64,000 bases of DNA. Origin: Bacillota bacterium (GTDB lineage: Bacteria; Bacillota; Ch66; Ch109). A program made the position numbers and the translations under genes. Location of the stretch: positions 576,001 to 640,000 of the forward strand of contig JBMNLH010000001.1 of NCBI GenBank assembly GCA_050952625.1, given 5' to 3'. Under the pieces are notes generated by a model, which had not been told where the DNA came from, did not search any database, and saw only the letters and a list, made by a program, of their open reading frames with translations. This document shows, one piece after another, positions 1 through 9,847 of this stretch; the first letter of the stretch is position 1; the number at the start of each line of letters is the position of its first letter.

Positions 1-306
1 GAGATTAACCCGCGGCGCGAGGGTTCTTTGATCATGGAATTAAGCGGTCAGCCGGACAATTTTCAATCAGGCATCAGTTTTCTGGAAGGTTTAGGCGTTG
101 TCGTCGAACCGATCAGCCAGACGGTAGTTCGAGACGAGGAGCGGTGTTCCCATTGCGGAGCCTGTACCGTGGTTTGTCCGGTTGGGGCTTTATACATGAA
201 TCGACCCTCCATGGAAGTTGGGTTTGACAATGAAAAGTGCCTGGTTTGCGGACTGTGCGTTTCTTATTGCCCGCTTAAAGCAATGGATGTAAAATGGGGC
301 GATTAG
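1..306 (+). CDS. NIL-domain / 2x[4Fe-4S] ferredoxin, 5'-truncated by the window edge
   Basis: Frame is open from base 1 (EINPRREGSLIMELSG..). It has two ferredoxin motifs, CSHCGACTVVCP and CLVCGLCVSYCP, and lies next to a UPF0280 gene. Confidence 0.8.
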   Translation, partial: EINPRREGSLIMELSGQPDNFQSGISFLEGLGVVVEPISQTVVRDEERCSHCGACTVVCPVGALYMNRPSMEVGFDNEKCLVCGLCVSYCPLKAMDVKWGD

Positions 307-309
307 TCA

Positions 310-1059
310 GTGTATGTGCAAAGAACCTACCGTTGCGGTCAGAGCAGTCAAGACCTGTCCTTTTTTCAAGTCAGGTTAAAAGAAACTGACTTGTATATTG
401 GGGTCGACCAGGAGAGGTATACCCCAGAATTGGTCAAGATAGCCGAGGAACTGGTCTGGCAGTACCGCAATCAACTGGAGTTGTATATCCAGGAAGACCC
501 GGAGTTTCGGATCACTTTTGAGCCTCATTTTTTGCTACCCACTGCGCCAGCTTTAGCCCGCATAATGGGGCAGGCTGCCTGGCAGGCTGGGGTAGGGCCG
601 ATGGCTGCGGTTGCCGGAGCTATGGCTGAAGCCGTGGGGCGCGGTCTGCTCACCAAGGTCCGAGAGGTAATGGTGGAAAACGGAGGCGATATTTTTTTGA
701 AGATTCGTCGTCCACGGCTCGTTGGTATTTTTGCCGGGACCTCGCCTTACAGCCACCGGTTAGCCCTAGAAATCGATCCGCGTTGGGGTGCATTGGGTGT
801 TTGTACTTCTTCTGGGACCGTCGGCCCTTCTTTTAGTGCTGGTCGAGCAGACGCCGCGGTTATCTTGGCTCCGTCAACCGCCCTGGCGGATGCCGTCGCC
901 ACGGCTGTGGGCAATGTGGTTCAAACACCGGCTGATGTGGAAAAGGGCCTGGAACTAGCCCGTTCGATTCAAGGCGTCATCGGAGCCGTGGTTATTAAGG
1001 AAGACAAGCTAGCTGCTTGGGGAAAGGTCAAATTGGTGCCGCTTAACGGAGATCGATAG
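310..1059 (+). CDS. UPF0280 / COG2122 ApbE-like protein
   Basis: Motifs VGPMAAVAGA, VENGGDI, GVCTSSGTVGPSFSAGRADA and ADAVATA. Confidence 0.85.
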   Translation: MYVQRTYRCGQSSQDLSFFQVRLKETDLYIGVDQERYTPELVKIAEELVWQYRNQLELYIQEDPEFRITFEPHFLLPTAPALARIMGQAAWQAGVGPMAAVAGAMAEAVGRGLLTKVREVMVENGGDIFLKIRRPRLVGIFAGTSPYSHRLALEIDPRWGALGVCTSSGTVGPSFSAGRADAAVILAPSTALADAVATAVGNVVQTPADVEKGLELARSIQGVIGAVVIKEDKLAAWGKVKLVPLNGDR

Positions 1060-1219
1060 GTATAGGGAGACAGCTTTTACGATCTTGGTTCCTTTTCTTC
1101 ATTTTATACTTGCCTGAGTCCTGCGCGGCGATAATTACCGGGATTCGGAAATCGCCTCGTTCAAGCTGTGCCAAGCATCAGTTGTTGATTGGGCCAAAGA
1201 AACGACCAACAAGGGAAGG

Positions 1220-1645
1220 TTGAGTGCGACGATGAAATTCTTAACCGAGTATTTGTGGTTTAACACTAGACAGAAAAGGGAGTACCTCAACATCACCCCG
1301 GAACTCCAACGAATCTTAAAGAAAAGCGGCATTCAGGAAGGGATCATGCTGGTTGCCGCGATGCACATAACAGCCGGGATCTACATTAATGACGATGAGA
1401 GCGGAATCATTGGCGATATTGACGAAATGCTGGAAAGGCTGGCCCCTTCTGGACGGGATTACCGGCACCACCGGACCGGTGAGGACAATGGGGATGCTCA
1501 TCTGAAGAATATCTTAGTCGGGCACCAGGTAATTGTCCCGATTACCGACGGCAAATTAGACTTCGGCCCCTGGCAGCAGGTGTATTACGCCGAATTCGAT
1601 GGCCAACGCCGGAAAAGAGTCGTGGTCAAAGTGATGGGAGAATGA
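1220..1645 (+). CDS. yjbQ: YjbQ/UPF0047 family protein (secondary thiamine-phosphate synthase-like)
   Basis: Motifs [22 protein letters not shown] and [16 protein letters not shown]. Confidence 0.85.
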   Translation: MSATMKFLTEYLWFNTRQKREYLNITPELQRILKKSGIQEGIMLVAAMHITAGIYINDDESGIIGDIDEMLERLAPSGRDYRHHRTGEDNGDAHLKNILVGHQVIVPITDGKLDFGPWQQVYYAEFDGQRRKRVVVKVMGE

Positions 1646-2838
1646 GTTGGAAAATTAGGAAGGCAACAATGGATAAAAATTTTCCGCTAGAATTTAAAAT
1701 GTCTCTTGAGCTCGAAGGGGAAAAACGCATTTCCGGCAACGATCTCTTCAACCTGCTGGAAAACATTATGAAGTATGGCTCTATAAGCCGGGCCGCTTCG
1801 GAGTTGGGGGTTTCTTATCGCTATGCCTGGGGCCTGATCAGGGCGGCCGAAAAAGACCTTGGCCTGCAGTTGGTAAACAGGCAGGTGGGCGGTTATGCCG
1901 GTGGAGGAGCATCCCTTAGCCAAGAGGGCCGGGAATTCTTAAACGAGTACAAGACATTTAAACAAGAAATAGATCTCCAGCTAGAACAATTTATCAACCG
2001 GACTGCTTCCAAAAAACAACTTTCTTCTATTAATGAAGCCTTCAATAAGAACTCTTCAGAGCGGCACCTGCTACTGGCTAGCACGATGGAACCAGTCGAA
2101 ACAGGCCTGTTGGATGTCCTCGAAGGGGCCTTTTTCCAGGCGACTGGCGTGTTAGTCAGACATATTGCCCTCGGTAGTGGGCGTGCTCTGGAGATGGCTA
2201 GGACCGGACGGGTGGATATGGTTCTTACCCATGCTCCAGAAATAGAAGAAGAATTTTTGCTCGACGGCTGGGGCAAATCACGAATACCGGTCATGGCGAA
2301 TGACTTTATTTTAGCCGGCCCGTCCTTTGATTCAGCCGGGTTAAAAATGCTCGATCGGGGTGGTGGAGCAAAAGAAGCCTTTCGCCAAATTGCTTATACC
2401 CGCGCCCCTTTTATCAGTCGTGGCGATCGCTCTGGCACCCAATTAAGAGAACTTCAAATCTGGGAATCGGCCGGGATTTACCCCAAGGGAGAGTGGTACA
2501 TCGTCTCTTCCGGAATCGTCGGCAATAGGGGTATTCTGCGGCTTGCCTTGGAGCAGCAGGCTTATGCTCTAGTAGACCGGGCTACTTTTTTACTCTCCAG
2601 CAGCCAAAATAAAATGAACATATTTATTGGGACCGAAGAGGGTAATGCGCTACCTGGGGAACTAGAAAACATCTTTTCTCTGCTCCTTGTTAATCCCGAG
2701 CGGGTACCATTTGTCAATTTTGAAGATGCCTTACTTTTTGCCAAGTGGATTCAGGGAAAAGAAGCTCAGCGAGTTATAGCCGGTTTCGGCGAGGAAAGCT
2801 ACAACCGGCCTTTATTCTCTAGAGTGGTTTCGGAGTAG
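1642..2838 (+). CDS. ModE-type winged-helix regulator fused to a TupA-like (tungstate) periplasmic-binding-protein domain; probable start at ATG 1669
   Basis: The N-terminus has the ModE/YvgK HTH motif [29 protein letters not shown]. The C-terminus has ETGLL, GSGRAL, THAP, MANDF and [10 protein letters not shown], typical of TupA. There is no signal peptide. Confidence 0.8.
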   Translation: MSWKIRKATMDKNFPLEFKMSLELEGEKRISGNDLFNLLENIMKYGSISRAASELGVSYRYAWGLIRAAEKDLGLQLVNRQVGGYAGGGASLSQEGREFLNEYKTFKQEIDLQLEQFINRTASKKQLSSINEAFNKNSSERHLLLASTMEPVETGLLDVLEGAFFQATGVLVRHIALGSGRALEMARTGRVDMVLTHAPEIEEEFLLDGWGKSRIPVMANDFILAGPSFDSAGLKMLDRGGGAKEAFRQIAYTRAPFISRGDRSGTQLRELQIWESAGIYPKGEWYIVSSGIVGNRGILRLALEQQAYALVDRATFLLSSSQNKMNIFIGTEEGNALPGELENIFSLLLVNPERVPFVNFEDALLFAKWIQGKEAQRVIAGFGEESYNRPLFSRVVSE

Positions 2839-2924
2839 ACCCTCCTGTTGCTAAGCAGCTACACAAAAAAGATAAATAATCAATTGCGCAGTTCAACAGA
2901 GGTCAGCGATTGGTGGTTATATTA

Positions 2925-2953
2925 TTGACACAGCTTATTTTATAATTTAACAT
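2925..2953 (+). promoter_or_regulatory. sigma70/SigA-like promoter
   Basis: TTGACA-N17-TAACAT. Confidence 0.5.
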
Positions 2954-3118
2954 AAGAGCTAAATGGAATCTTTCAGCTAGTTCCTGACTTAGATTAGATT
3001 AAATATTCTAAACGGTTTTTCTCCTGCTTGTGATCCGAAGTATATGAAAATTTATTTTTATCATTTTTACTATAGATCCTCATGCCTGACCTTTAGTTAG
3101 TTTGAAATTTTTTGGCCT

Positions 3119-3142
3119 CGATATGAATTTATGTGCATAACG
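3119..3142. promoter_or_regulatory. putative ModE-like operator 1
   Basis: Palindrome CGATATGAA-N6-TGCATAACG, 8 bp upstream of a TTGACA hexamer at 3151. Confidence 0.65.
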
Positions 3143-3187
3143 AATGTGTATTGACACCATAGCCGTTAATTAATGTAAATTTTTTCA

Positions 3188-3217
3188 CCCCGCTATGCAT
3201 TCCGGTGCATAACGGGG
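3188..3217. promoter_or_regulatory. putative ModE-like operator 2
   Basis: Near-perfect inverted repeat CCCCGCTATGCA-N6-TGCATAACGGGG, resembling the ModE box (CGNTAT...ATAACG). Confidence 0.7.
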
Positions 3218-3338
3218 CATAAAGTATTGATAACTGGCTTGTACGTGGCTCTTCGTATAAGGGGCATATTATATATCCGCAACTAGTGTAATGATCTTGT
3301 TTGCCGGACTAATAAACAGCGTAAAAAAATTTAAATAA

Positions 3339-3446
3339 TTATCTCCGAGCCTAGTTACCCTAAAGGTTTTCAAGCCCATGGGTACAGGCCGATAGGGTGG
3401 CACTGGAAACGGTGTTGCCTCCCCGTTAATTTTGGAAAGGAGATGA
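3339..3446 (+). ncRNA. Moco-class riboswitch, P3-less (tungsten-cofactor-associated) variant
   Basis: CTCCGAG..CCTAA..GGCCGATAGGG..TGGAAAC..GCCTCCCCGT..GGAAAGGAG, with P1 TTATCTCC/GGAGATGA. There is no P3 between GCCG and AGGG. Confidence 0.85.
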
Positions 3447-3472
3447 TAGTCCTCTAATAGGTTTATTTTATT

Positions 3473-3507
3473 AAAAGCGTCTCTATTCTAGGTGCTTTTT
3501 TCTTTTT
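3473..3507 (+). terminator. intrinsic terminator (riboswitch expression platform)
   Basis: AAAAGCGTCT-loop-AGGTGCTTTT followed by a T tract. Confidence 0.6.
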
Positions 3508-3587
3508 ATGGGAATATAGCAAAAAAATTGTCGAAATGTAAAAGTATTTACAGTGCGTATCACTAAGGAAAGGGTGTATGACTGGTC

Positions 3588-6500
3588 ATGCAAGCTACTA
3601 AATGGTATAGGTTTTTACCAGTCCTGCTGGGCGTATTTTTGATTATCGGGACCATCGGCCTGCTGGTGCCCACAGTTGCCTTTGCCGTAGGGGATGACCT
3701 TACCATATCAGGGCCTGGACTGAAAAATCCCGGACCTATAATCATTACCCAGAACCAGCTCCGGGGAACGGAGGCATTACCCGCGGAATTACAAACAGTA
3801 GCAGAAGCGGTTTATTTACCGCAAACTGACGCATGGTACAGTACCATCAACACCTGGCCTACCAAGAGCTGGTACCGGGGGCAGGGCGTCAAATTGACCG
3901 ACCTGCTTAATCTAGCCGGGGGACTCAATGACGAGGCCACCCTGATCAGGTTCACTTCTCGCGACGGCTTTAAAGCCACCTTTACGGTGCAAGAGCTTCT
4001 CGTTGAACCCCGGTATCGTTTCCCTAGTTTCATGGATACCGGCCTCCCCGGGCATCTTCCCGGTGATCCGTCAGAGCCGGTAGAGGTTGAGCCGATCATT
4101 GCCCACAGAAGTTTTACCGCCCATGATATTAGAAATGTTGTGGGAGAAGGCACACTAGAGAATTTCAGCGACGGTGAGGCCAATCATTTGTTATATGGGC
4201 AGCGGGCGGTAACCCAGCAGACCAACGCCAGGTTTGTTAAATATGTAACTGAAATCGAGGTGCTTACCGATCCCGTATCTAAATGGGATAATCCCACGGC
4301 TGATCCGGCACCTGGAGATGCAGAAGTGCCGGTAGGGACCTTGGTGGAACTTCAAAGCCCTTTCAACGATGAGGATAAAGTTCATTACACCCTGGACGGC
4401 AGCGACCCAACCATAAACAGTCCGATGTACAACTGGATTGCCAGTCGGTGGTGGTCATCAAGATCGGATGTTCTGGACGAAATTAATCACCCCATTGAAA
4501 TCACCGATAACACCACCATCAAGGCCTTTGTCACCGGCCCTGGCCGGGCGGACAGCGATATTGTTACTTTTGCGTATCGGGTTCCGCTGACTATCAACCA
4601 GGCTAACCCGGCTAAGGCAATCAAGAACGAGGAATACGCTGGCCATACCTTCACGGCAGTCGGTGGCCAAAAGCCCTACCGCTTTGCTGTCACTGGTGGT
4701 TCCCTGCCGGAAGGCATGAGCCTAAACGAATCATTACTAGAGGGAATACCCGCAGAGAGTGGTACGTTTCCCTTCACCCTAACCGTAACCGACGGTAATA
4801 ACCAGACCGTTAGCCGGGAATTTACCCTGGTGGTTGTGCTCGCCCCTCCAACCCTAAGTACCACCAGTAGCAATGTAGGCCAGAAGATTGAGCTGACCTT
4901 TACCGACGATGCGGTCTGGCGGGAGGCCATCACCGATGTAACCGTTAACGGAAACTCTATTACTGGCCATTATAGTGTTGCCGCCGGAGTAATCACTATT
5001 GACGCTGCTGTGTTTGCGACTGCCGGTGACTATACGATAGCCGTTATCGCTACCGGGTACCTTGAGGCCGTTGTGATACAAAATATTACAGCCGGTACCG
5101 GTCCGAAACTACCGGATGGGGAAATTGTCTTAACTATCAAAGGTGATGGGGTGGCGAATCCCAAGGAGTTTACGCAGTCCCAGTTAGAAGAAATGAATCA
5201 ATGCCAGTATGTTTACAGTTGCATCAACACCTGGCCTAGTAAAAGATGGTATGTGGGTAAAGGAGTTGAATTAAACGACCTGCTCAATCAGGCTGGAGGG
5301 ATCCAACCCGGGGCCACCCTGATTAAATTTACCTCCAAGGATGGCTACTATATGACGTTTACAGTCCAGGAGTTATTAAGAGATAAACGTTATCGTTTCC
5401 CCAACTTCAAGACTGGTGGTGGTGACGGTGACGGGCATATTCCCGGCTCAGCCGCCGGTGCCGTAGAGGTAAAGCCGATTCTTGCCCTGATTAGTGCTGA
5501 GGGTACCGACAATCCCGCTTACATGAACGAGGCGGATGCCCCTCTGTTGATGCTCGGGCAGCGGTCAGTTACGGAGCAAACTGGTCCTTTATTTGCAAAA
5601 TACGTTAAAGAAATCGAAGTACTTACCAATTCTGTGCCTAAATGGGATAGTCCTAAGGCAGAGCCGGGCAGCGGATCAGTACCGGCCGGGACCCTGGTAA
5701 CCCTGAGCAATAACAATATGGACATGGATAAGATTCATTACACTACGGACGGAAGCAACCCGACGCTACACAGTCCGATATATAACTGGATCGCCAAGCG
5801 GTGGTGGGCATCGCGGGGTGAGGACACCGTGGCCCAGATTAATCACCCGATCAAGATCACCAAGGACACAACTATTAAAGCCATTACTATTGGCCCAGGC
5901 CGGGAAAACAGCGACATCGTTACCTTTACTTACAAAGTGACGGGGCCTCTGGTTAGTACCAGTGATCAGATCAGACCCAGCGAAGGTGGCACGGTAAGCC
6001 TTGGGGACGAGGCTGTTCTTGAGATACCGGCCGGGGCACTGACCGGAACCAACCCTATTGAGGTAAAAATAGATCGCGTCACTGAGCCCCCAGCTGCGCC
6101 GACAGGGTTTAAGATTATCGGCAGCGTCTACGAGTTCAACGTGGACGGGAAGACCAGCTACATCTTTAATAAGCCGGTAACTCTCAAGCTTAGCTTTGAT
6201 CCCGAGCGGGTCGGTTCTGACGCAGCTCCTGCTATCCATTACTACGATGAAACCGAGAAAAAATGGGTCAACCTTGGCGGTGAGGTAAACGGTAACACCA
6301 TCAGCGTCCAGGTGGAGCACTTCACCAAATTTGCCGTGCTGGCAGCCTTTCCGGCTAAGGTAACGACGACAATAGAGCCTAGCAAAGGCGGTACCGTAAG
6401 CATCGGGGAAGAGGCGGTTCTGGAAATACCGGCTGGGGCTCTGACCGGGACCAGCCCAGTGGAAGTAACCATTAAGTGCTTGACTGAGCCACCGGTTATC

Positions 6501-7286
6501 CCGGTTGGTTATAAGCTTGTCGGTGGGGTGTACGAGTTCAGCGTGGACGAGAAGACCAGCTACCGCTTTAATAAAGCGGTGACCCTCAAGCTTAGCTACG
6601 ATCCTGAGTTGGTCAGCCCTGAAGAAACTCCAGCCATCCACTACTATGACGAGACCCAGAAAAAGTGGATCAACCTTAGCGGCGAGGCAGCCGGACATAC
6701 CGTAACCGTGGAACTGGATCACTTCACGATCTTTACGGTCATGGTTGCCCCGAAAGCAAAGGAAGTCACCCTAACCGACATTGCCGGCCATTGGGCGGAA
6801 AACCAGATTAAAGAACTGGTTGGGCTTGGGGCTATCAGCGGTTATCCAGACGGCACCTTCAAACCGGACAATAACATCACTCGGGCTGAATTTGCCACGA
6901 TCCTGGTCAAAGCGTTTAAACTGGAACCCCAAAGCGGCCAAGTTTTTGCTGACACCGCCGGTCACTGGGCTAAAGACACCATCGCTACAGCCGCAGCTTA
7001 CGGCATTGTTAACGGCTATGACGGTCATACCTTTGGCCCTAACGATCTGATTACCCGTGAGCAAATGGCCGCCATGATTGTGAATGCGCTCAAACTAACG
7101 CCAGTGTCAGAAGAAAGCTCGTTTATCGACAGTGGCAGCATCTCGGGATGGGCTAGGGTTGCCGTGGCCACTGCGGTGAAAAACGGGTTAATTAACGGTT
7201 ACCCGGATAACACCATCCGTCCCCAGGGCCAGGCCACCCGGGCTGAGGCAGCAGCGATCATGGTGAATGCGTTGCTTAAACTTTAG
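3588..7286 (+). CDS. S-layer-anchored protein: signal peptide, 2x [Oxidored_molyb-like + FN3-associated], Ig-like domains, 2x ZU5-like repeats, 3x SLH
   Basis: Repeated YS(T/C)INTWP..W..GV.L.DLL..AG..A..I.F.S.DG(F/Y)...KYV.EIEV and HYT.DGS.PT. C-terminal SLH motifs DIAGHWA, GYPDGTFKPDNNITRAEFA and TREQMA. Confidence 0.8.
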   Translation: MQATKWYRFLPVLLGVFLIIGTIGLLVPTVAFAVGDDLTISGPGLKNPGPIIITQNQLRGTEALPAELQTVAEAVYLPQTDAWYSTINTWPTKSWYRGQGVKLTDLLNLAGGLNDEATLIRFTSRDGFKATFTVQELLVEPRYRFPSFMDTGLPGHLPGDPSEPVEVEPIIAHRSFTAHDIRNVVGEGTLENFSDGEANHLLYGQRAVTQQTNARFVKYVTEIEVLTDPVSKWDNPTADPAPGDAEVPVGTLVELQSPFNDEDKVHYTLDGSDPTINSPMYNWIASRWWSSRSDVLDEINHPIEITDNTTIKAFVTGPGRADSDIVTFAYRVPLTINQANPAKAIKNEEYAGHTFTAVGGQKPYRFAVTGGSLPEGMSLNESLLEGIPAESGTFPFTLTVTDGNNQTVSREFTLVVVLAPPTLSTTSSNVGQKIELTFTDDAVWREAITDVTVNGNSITGHYSVAAGVITIDAAVFATAGDYTIAVIATGYLEAVVIQNITAGTGPKLPDGEIVLTIKGDGVANPKEFTQSQLEEMNQCQYVYSCINTWPSKRWYVGKGVELNDLLNQAGGIQPGATLIKFTSKDGYYMTFTVQELLRDKRYRFPNFKTGGGDGDGHIPGSAAGAVEVKPILALISAEGTDNPAYMNEADAPLLMLGQRSVTEQTGPLFAKYVKEIEVLTNSVPKWDSPKAEPGSGSVPAGTLVTLSNNNMDMDKIHYTTDGSNPTLHSPIYNWIAKRWWASRGEDTVAQINHPIKITKDTTIKAITIGPGRENSDIVTFTYKVTGPLVSTSDQIRPSEGGTVSLGDEAVLEIPAGALTGTNPIEVKIDRVTEPPAAPTGFKIIGSVYEFNVDGKTSYIFNKPVTLKLSFDPERVGSDAAPAIHYYDETEKKWVNLGGEVNGNTISVQVEHFTKFAVLAAFPAKVTTTIEPSKGGTVSIGEEAVLEIPAGALTGTSPVEVTIKCLTEPPVIPVGYKLVGGVYEFSVDEKTSYRFNKAVTLKLSYDPELVSPEETPAIHYYDETQKKWINLSGEAAGHTVTVELDHFTIFTVMVAPKAKEVTLTDIAGHWAENQIKELVGLGAISGYPDGTFKPDNNITRAEFATILVKAFKLEPQSGQVFADTAGHWAKDTIATAAAYGIVNGYDGHTFGPNDLITREQMAAMIVNALKLTPVSEESSFIDSGSISGWARVAVATAVKNGLINGYPDNTIRPQGQATRAEAAAIMVNALLKL

Positions 7287-7314
7287 GAAGAAAATCAGGT
7301 GTCAATATCACGAC

Positions 7315-7439
7315 TGTCATTTTGAGCGAAGCGAAGAATCTTTTCCACGCTGAGCGGTAAGATCCTTCGCTAACGTTCAGGATGACATAGGCACCCGCTA
7401 TTTTCATCAATGGTTGTGCCCGGCGGGCATAGGTGGTTA
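7315..7439 (+). repeat. REP-like palindrome plus a 43-bp conserved repeat (family B)
   Basis: Hairpin TGTCATTTTGAGCGAAGCGAAGAATCT...AGATCCTTCGCTAACGTTCAGGATGACA, then GCTATTTTCAT..TGGTTGTGCCC..GGCAT.GGTGGTTA. A similar composite lies at 40241-40370. Confidence 0.75.
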
Positions 7440-7454
7440 GGGAGAAAAGAGAGC

Positions 7455-9179
7455 ATGATTACGCAATTAATTAATTTTCAATTTAAGAAACCGTTTTATC
7501 AACACCTGATCACTACCTTTATCCTGTTACTGTTCGTAGTTTGGATTAACCTGATGATAGGGCCGGCGTCGGTTTTAGCGGAACCCTCAAAAATGCTGGA
7601 AATAACCGGAGACGCAGTAACAACGCAGGTGGAGTTTACTCTGGCCGAACTGGAAGCGATGGAGCAATACCAACAGGTATACAGTACGGTTAACACCTGG
7701 CCGACCAAAAGATGGTACACGGCCAGAGGGGTTAAAATAAGAGATCTGCTTACTTTAGCCGGGATTAAGGAAGAGGCCAAGCTGATCAGGTTTGTCTCGC
7801 ATGACGGCTACGATGTGACTTTGACGGTTAAGGAATTATTAAAAGACAAGCGTTATTACTACCCGGGTTTAAAGGAGAATCACCCCAGCGACGGGAGCAT
7901 TCCCGGTTCTACTGCGGGGGCACAGGAAGTAGAGCCGATCCTGGCCTTAGTTAGCAGCGAGGGCAGCAATGACCCCAAAAATATGAACGATCGGGATTCC
8001 TTACTGTTGATCTTTGGGCAGCGGGCCATAACCGAACAGACGAATAATCTATTTTTAAAGTACGTCAGTAAAATTGAAGTACTCAGCACCGAGCCGGAAA
8101 AATGGGATGCCCCCAAGGCCAATATACCCAGCGGAACTGTTCTACCTGAGGGAACCCTGCTCACCCTGAGTAATAAAGGGAATAACGAAGATAAGATATA
8201 TTACACCACGGACGGCAGTACGCCAACGGTGAATAGCCCGATGTTTAACTGGAGTGCCAGCCGCTGGTGGCCTTTACGGGACGATTTGGATGGGGTCAAT
8301 TCTCCCATCGAAATCACCAAAGACACGGTGATCAAGGCGATCACCATTGGTCCCGGCAAAGAGGACAGCGAAGTTGTCACCTTTTCCTTTACGGTTGATT
8401 ATACCGGCGAGGCGGTTGATCCAACTAAAGTTTCAGGTGGACCGCCGACCGGGGTAACCCTCGATCGGAATACACTCAACCTCAAGCCTGGCGGTACTTT
8501 CCGACTGGAGGCAACTATCGCCCCGTTCAATGCCGATGACCAGCAGGTGACCTGGCGGTCCAGTGACACCAGGGTGGCCACAGTGGATACCGACGGCCTG
8601 GTGACAGTTGTCGGTCCGGGAACGGCCATCATTACGGTACAAACGGTAGTTGGCAACCATACAGCCACCTGCATTGTCAACGGTCCAAACGCGGAAGACA
8701 GCGGTCAGGATGCGGTTTTTCTTGGCAGCGAGTCTCTGGATAATGCAGCCCGAGAGAAGCCTGTAGAAGCGGTCGAGCCGCTGGAGGAAGAGCCGTTATC
8801 GGTGAATGAGGCTGAACATCACCGGCCAGAAAAAAATGAGGCTGATGCCAACGAAGTGCTGGGAATTGCTCATGAACTGCCGATGAATGAACAAGACGCC
8901 GGTGAGCCGCCAGTGGATGAATTGTCGGTGCCGGAAGGCAAAGGGCAGTACCTGGCAGAAAAAGAAGTTTTAGCCGCCGGCTCCTCGATGACAAATTCGG
9001 TCACAGAGCAGCCGGCTAGCCGGTACTGGCAGGTCTTCGAGGTGTCGCCAGAGGTTGTACTGCCGTTGCCGATGCAGGAGGAACAAAAATGGGCGGATTT
9101 TTACGCGGCAGGAATATTTCTCTTCCTCTTTCTTTCCGGTGTGGGTAAAAGATACGCTGAATATGCAAAGGAGCTATAA
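7455..9179 (+). CDS. secreted protein: Oxidored_molyb-like + FN3-associated + Big_2 + acidic linker + C-terminal TM anchor
   Basis: [21 protein letters not shown]; [10 protein letters not shown]; [14 protein letters not shown] (Big_2); C-terminal [21 protein letters not shown] 7455 follows GGAG, whereas the ORF-track start at 7410 lies inside a repeat. Confidence 0.75.
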   Translation: MITQLINFQFKKPFYQHLITTFILLLFVVWINLMIGPASVLAEPSKMLEITGDAVTTQVEFTLAELEAMEQYQQVYSTVNTWPTKRWYTARGVKIRDLLTLAGIKEEAKLIRFVSHDGYDVTLTVKELLKDKRYYYPGLKENHPSDGSIPGSTAGAQEVEPILALVSSEGSNDPKNMNDRDSLLLIFGQRAITEQTNNLFLKYVSKIEVLSTEPEKWDAPKANIPSGTVLPEGTLLTLSNKGNNEDKIYYTTDGSTPTVNSPMFNWSASRWWPLRDDLDGVNSPIEITKDTVIKAITIGPGKEDSEVVTFSFTVDYTGEAVDPTKVSGGPPTGVTLDRNTLNLKPGGTFRLEATIAPFNADDQQVTWRSSDTRVATVDTDGLVTVVGPGTAIITVQTVVGNHTATCIVNGPNAEDSGQDAVFLGSESLDNAAREKPVEAVEPLEEEPLSVNEAEHHRPEKNEADANEVLGIAHELPMNEQDAGEPPVDELSVPEGKGQYLAEKEVLAAGSSMTNSVTEQPASRYWQVFEVSPEVVLPLPMQEEQKWADFYAAGIFLFLFLSGVGKRYAEYAKEL

Positions 9180-9184
9180 ATCAA

Positions 9185-9847
9185 GTGATCGAAGCTGTTT
9201 TAATACCCTTAAAAGATACCTTGCATGTTATCTCTTCGGGTTTGCTGATCCCGACCATAACTATCCTGCTGCTGTTATTGGCTTTGACAGCAGTCGAGTT
9301 GGGCGGCCTGTTGACCGAAACTCTTACGGAACGACGCAAAATGAAGGTGAATGTGCCAGAGTTGGTTGATTCTTTTCAGGGAAAAAATGTTGGGGAGATC
9401 TTGGCGATGATTGAGCGCAGCAGCCTTTTTCGACGCCAGAAAACAGCCTTGGGTGAGCTAATCATGCGCAACAGTTTACCCACCGCCACCTTACAGGCCC
9501 TGGCCCGCCGTTTGCTGGCTGGCGAGGAACTGCATTATGCCAGGATAACCGATCGGACCGATTTGGTGGCGCGCTTGGCCCCCATGTTCGGGTTAATGGG
9601 CACGCTGATTCCACTTGGGCCGGGCATGATTGCCCTTGGCCAGGGGGACATCAAGATCCTGGCGGATTCACTCCTGATTGCCTTTGACACAACAGTAGCT
9701 GGCTTGGCTGCTGCTGGTGTCGCCTTTGCCATCTCTCGGCTGCGTAAAAGATGGTACGACGATTACCTGAGTACTCTAGAGGCCTTAATGGAAAGCCTAT
9801 TGGAGGTGTTTGAACGTGGACGGGGGACTGAGAAGCCGGCGGCATAG
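9185..9847 (+). CDS. MotA/TolQ/ExbB proton-channel family protein (HmuU-like)
   Basis: RLAPMFGLMGTLIPLGPG..L..GD...LADSLLIAFDTTVAGL. Confidence 0.88.
   Translation: MIEAVLIPLKDTLHVISSGLLIPTITILLLLLALTAVELGGLLTETLTERRKMKVNVPELVDSFQGKNVGEILAMIERSSLFRRQKTALGELIMRNSLPTATLQALARRLLAGEELHYARITDRTDLVARLAPMFGLMGTLIPLGPGMIALGQGDIKILADSLLIAFDTTVAGLAAAGVAFAISRLRKRWYDDYLSTLEALMESLLEVFERGRGTEKPAA

Noticed and set aside
3339-3446. Cobalamin riboswitch (suggested by the DUF4430, ECF and DUF2149 context)
   Set aside because: It lacks the B12-box and GCCACTG elements and matches Moco RNA landmarks (CTCCGAG, CCTAA, GAAAC, CCTCCCGT, GGAAAGG).
5766-6722. 318-aa minus-strand ORF and the many other antisense or overlapping ORFs
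   Set aside because: They are shadows of well-supported plus-strand genes, with no motifs or RBS; their repeats simply mirror the sense repeats.
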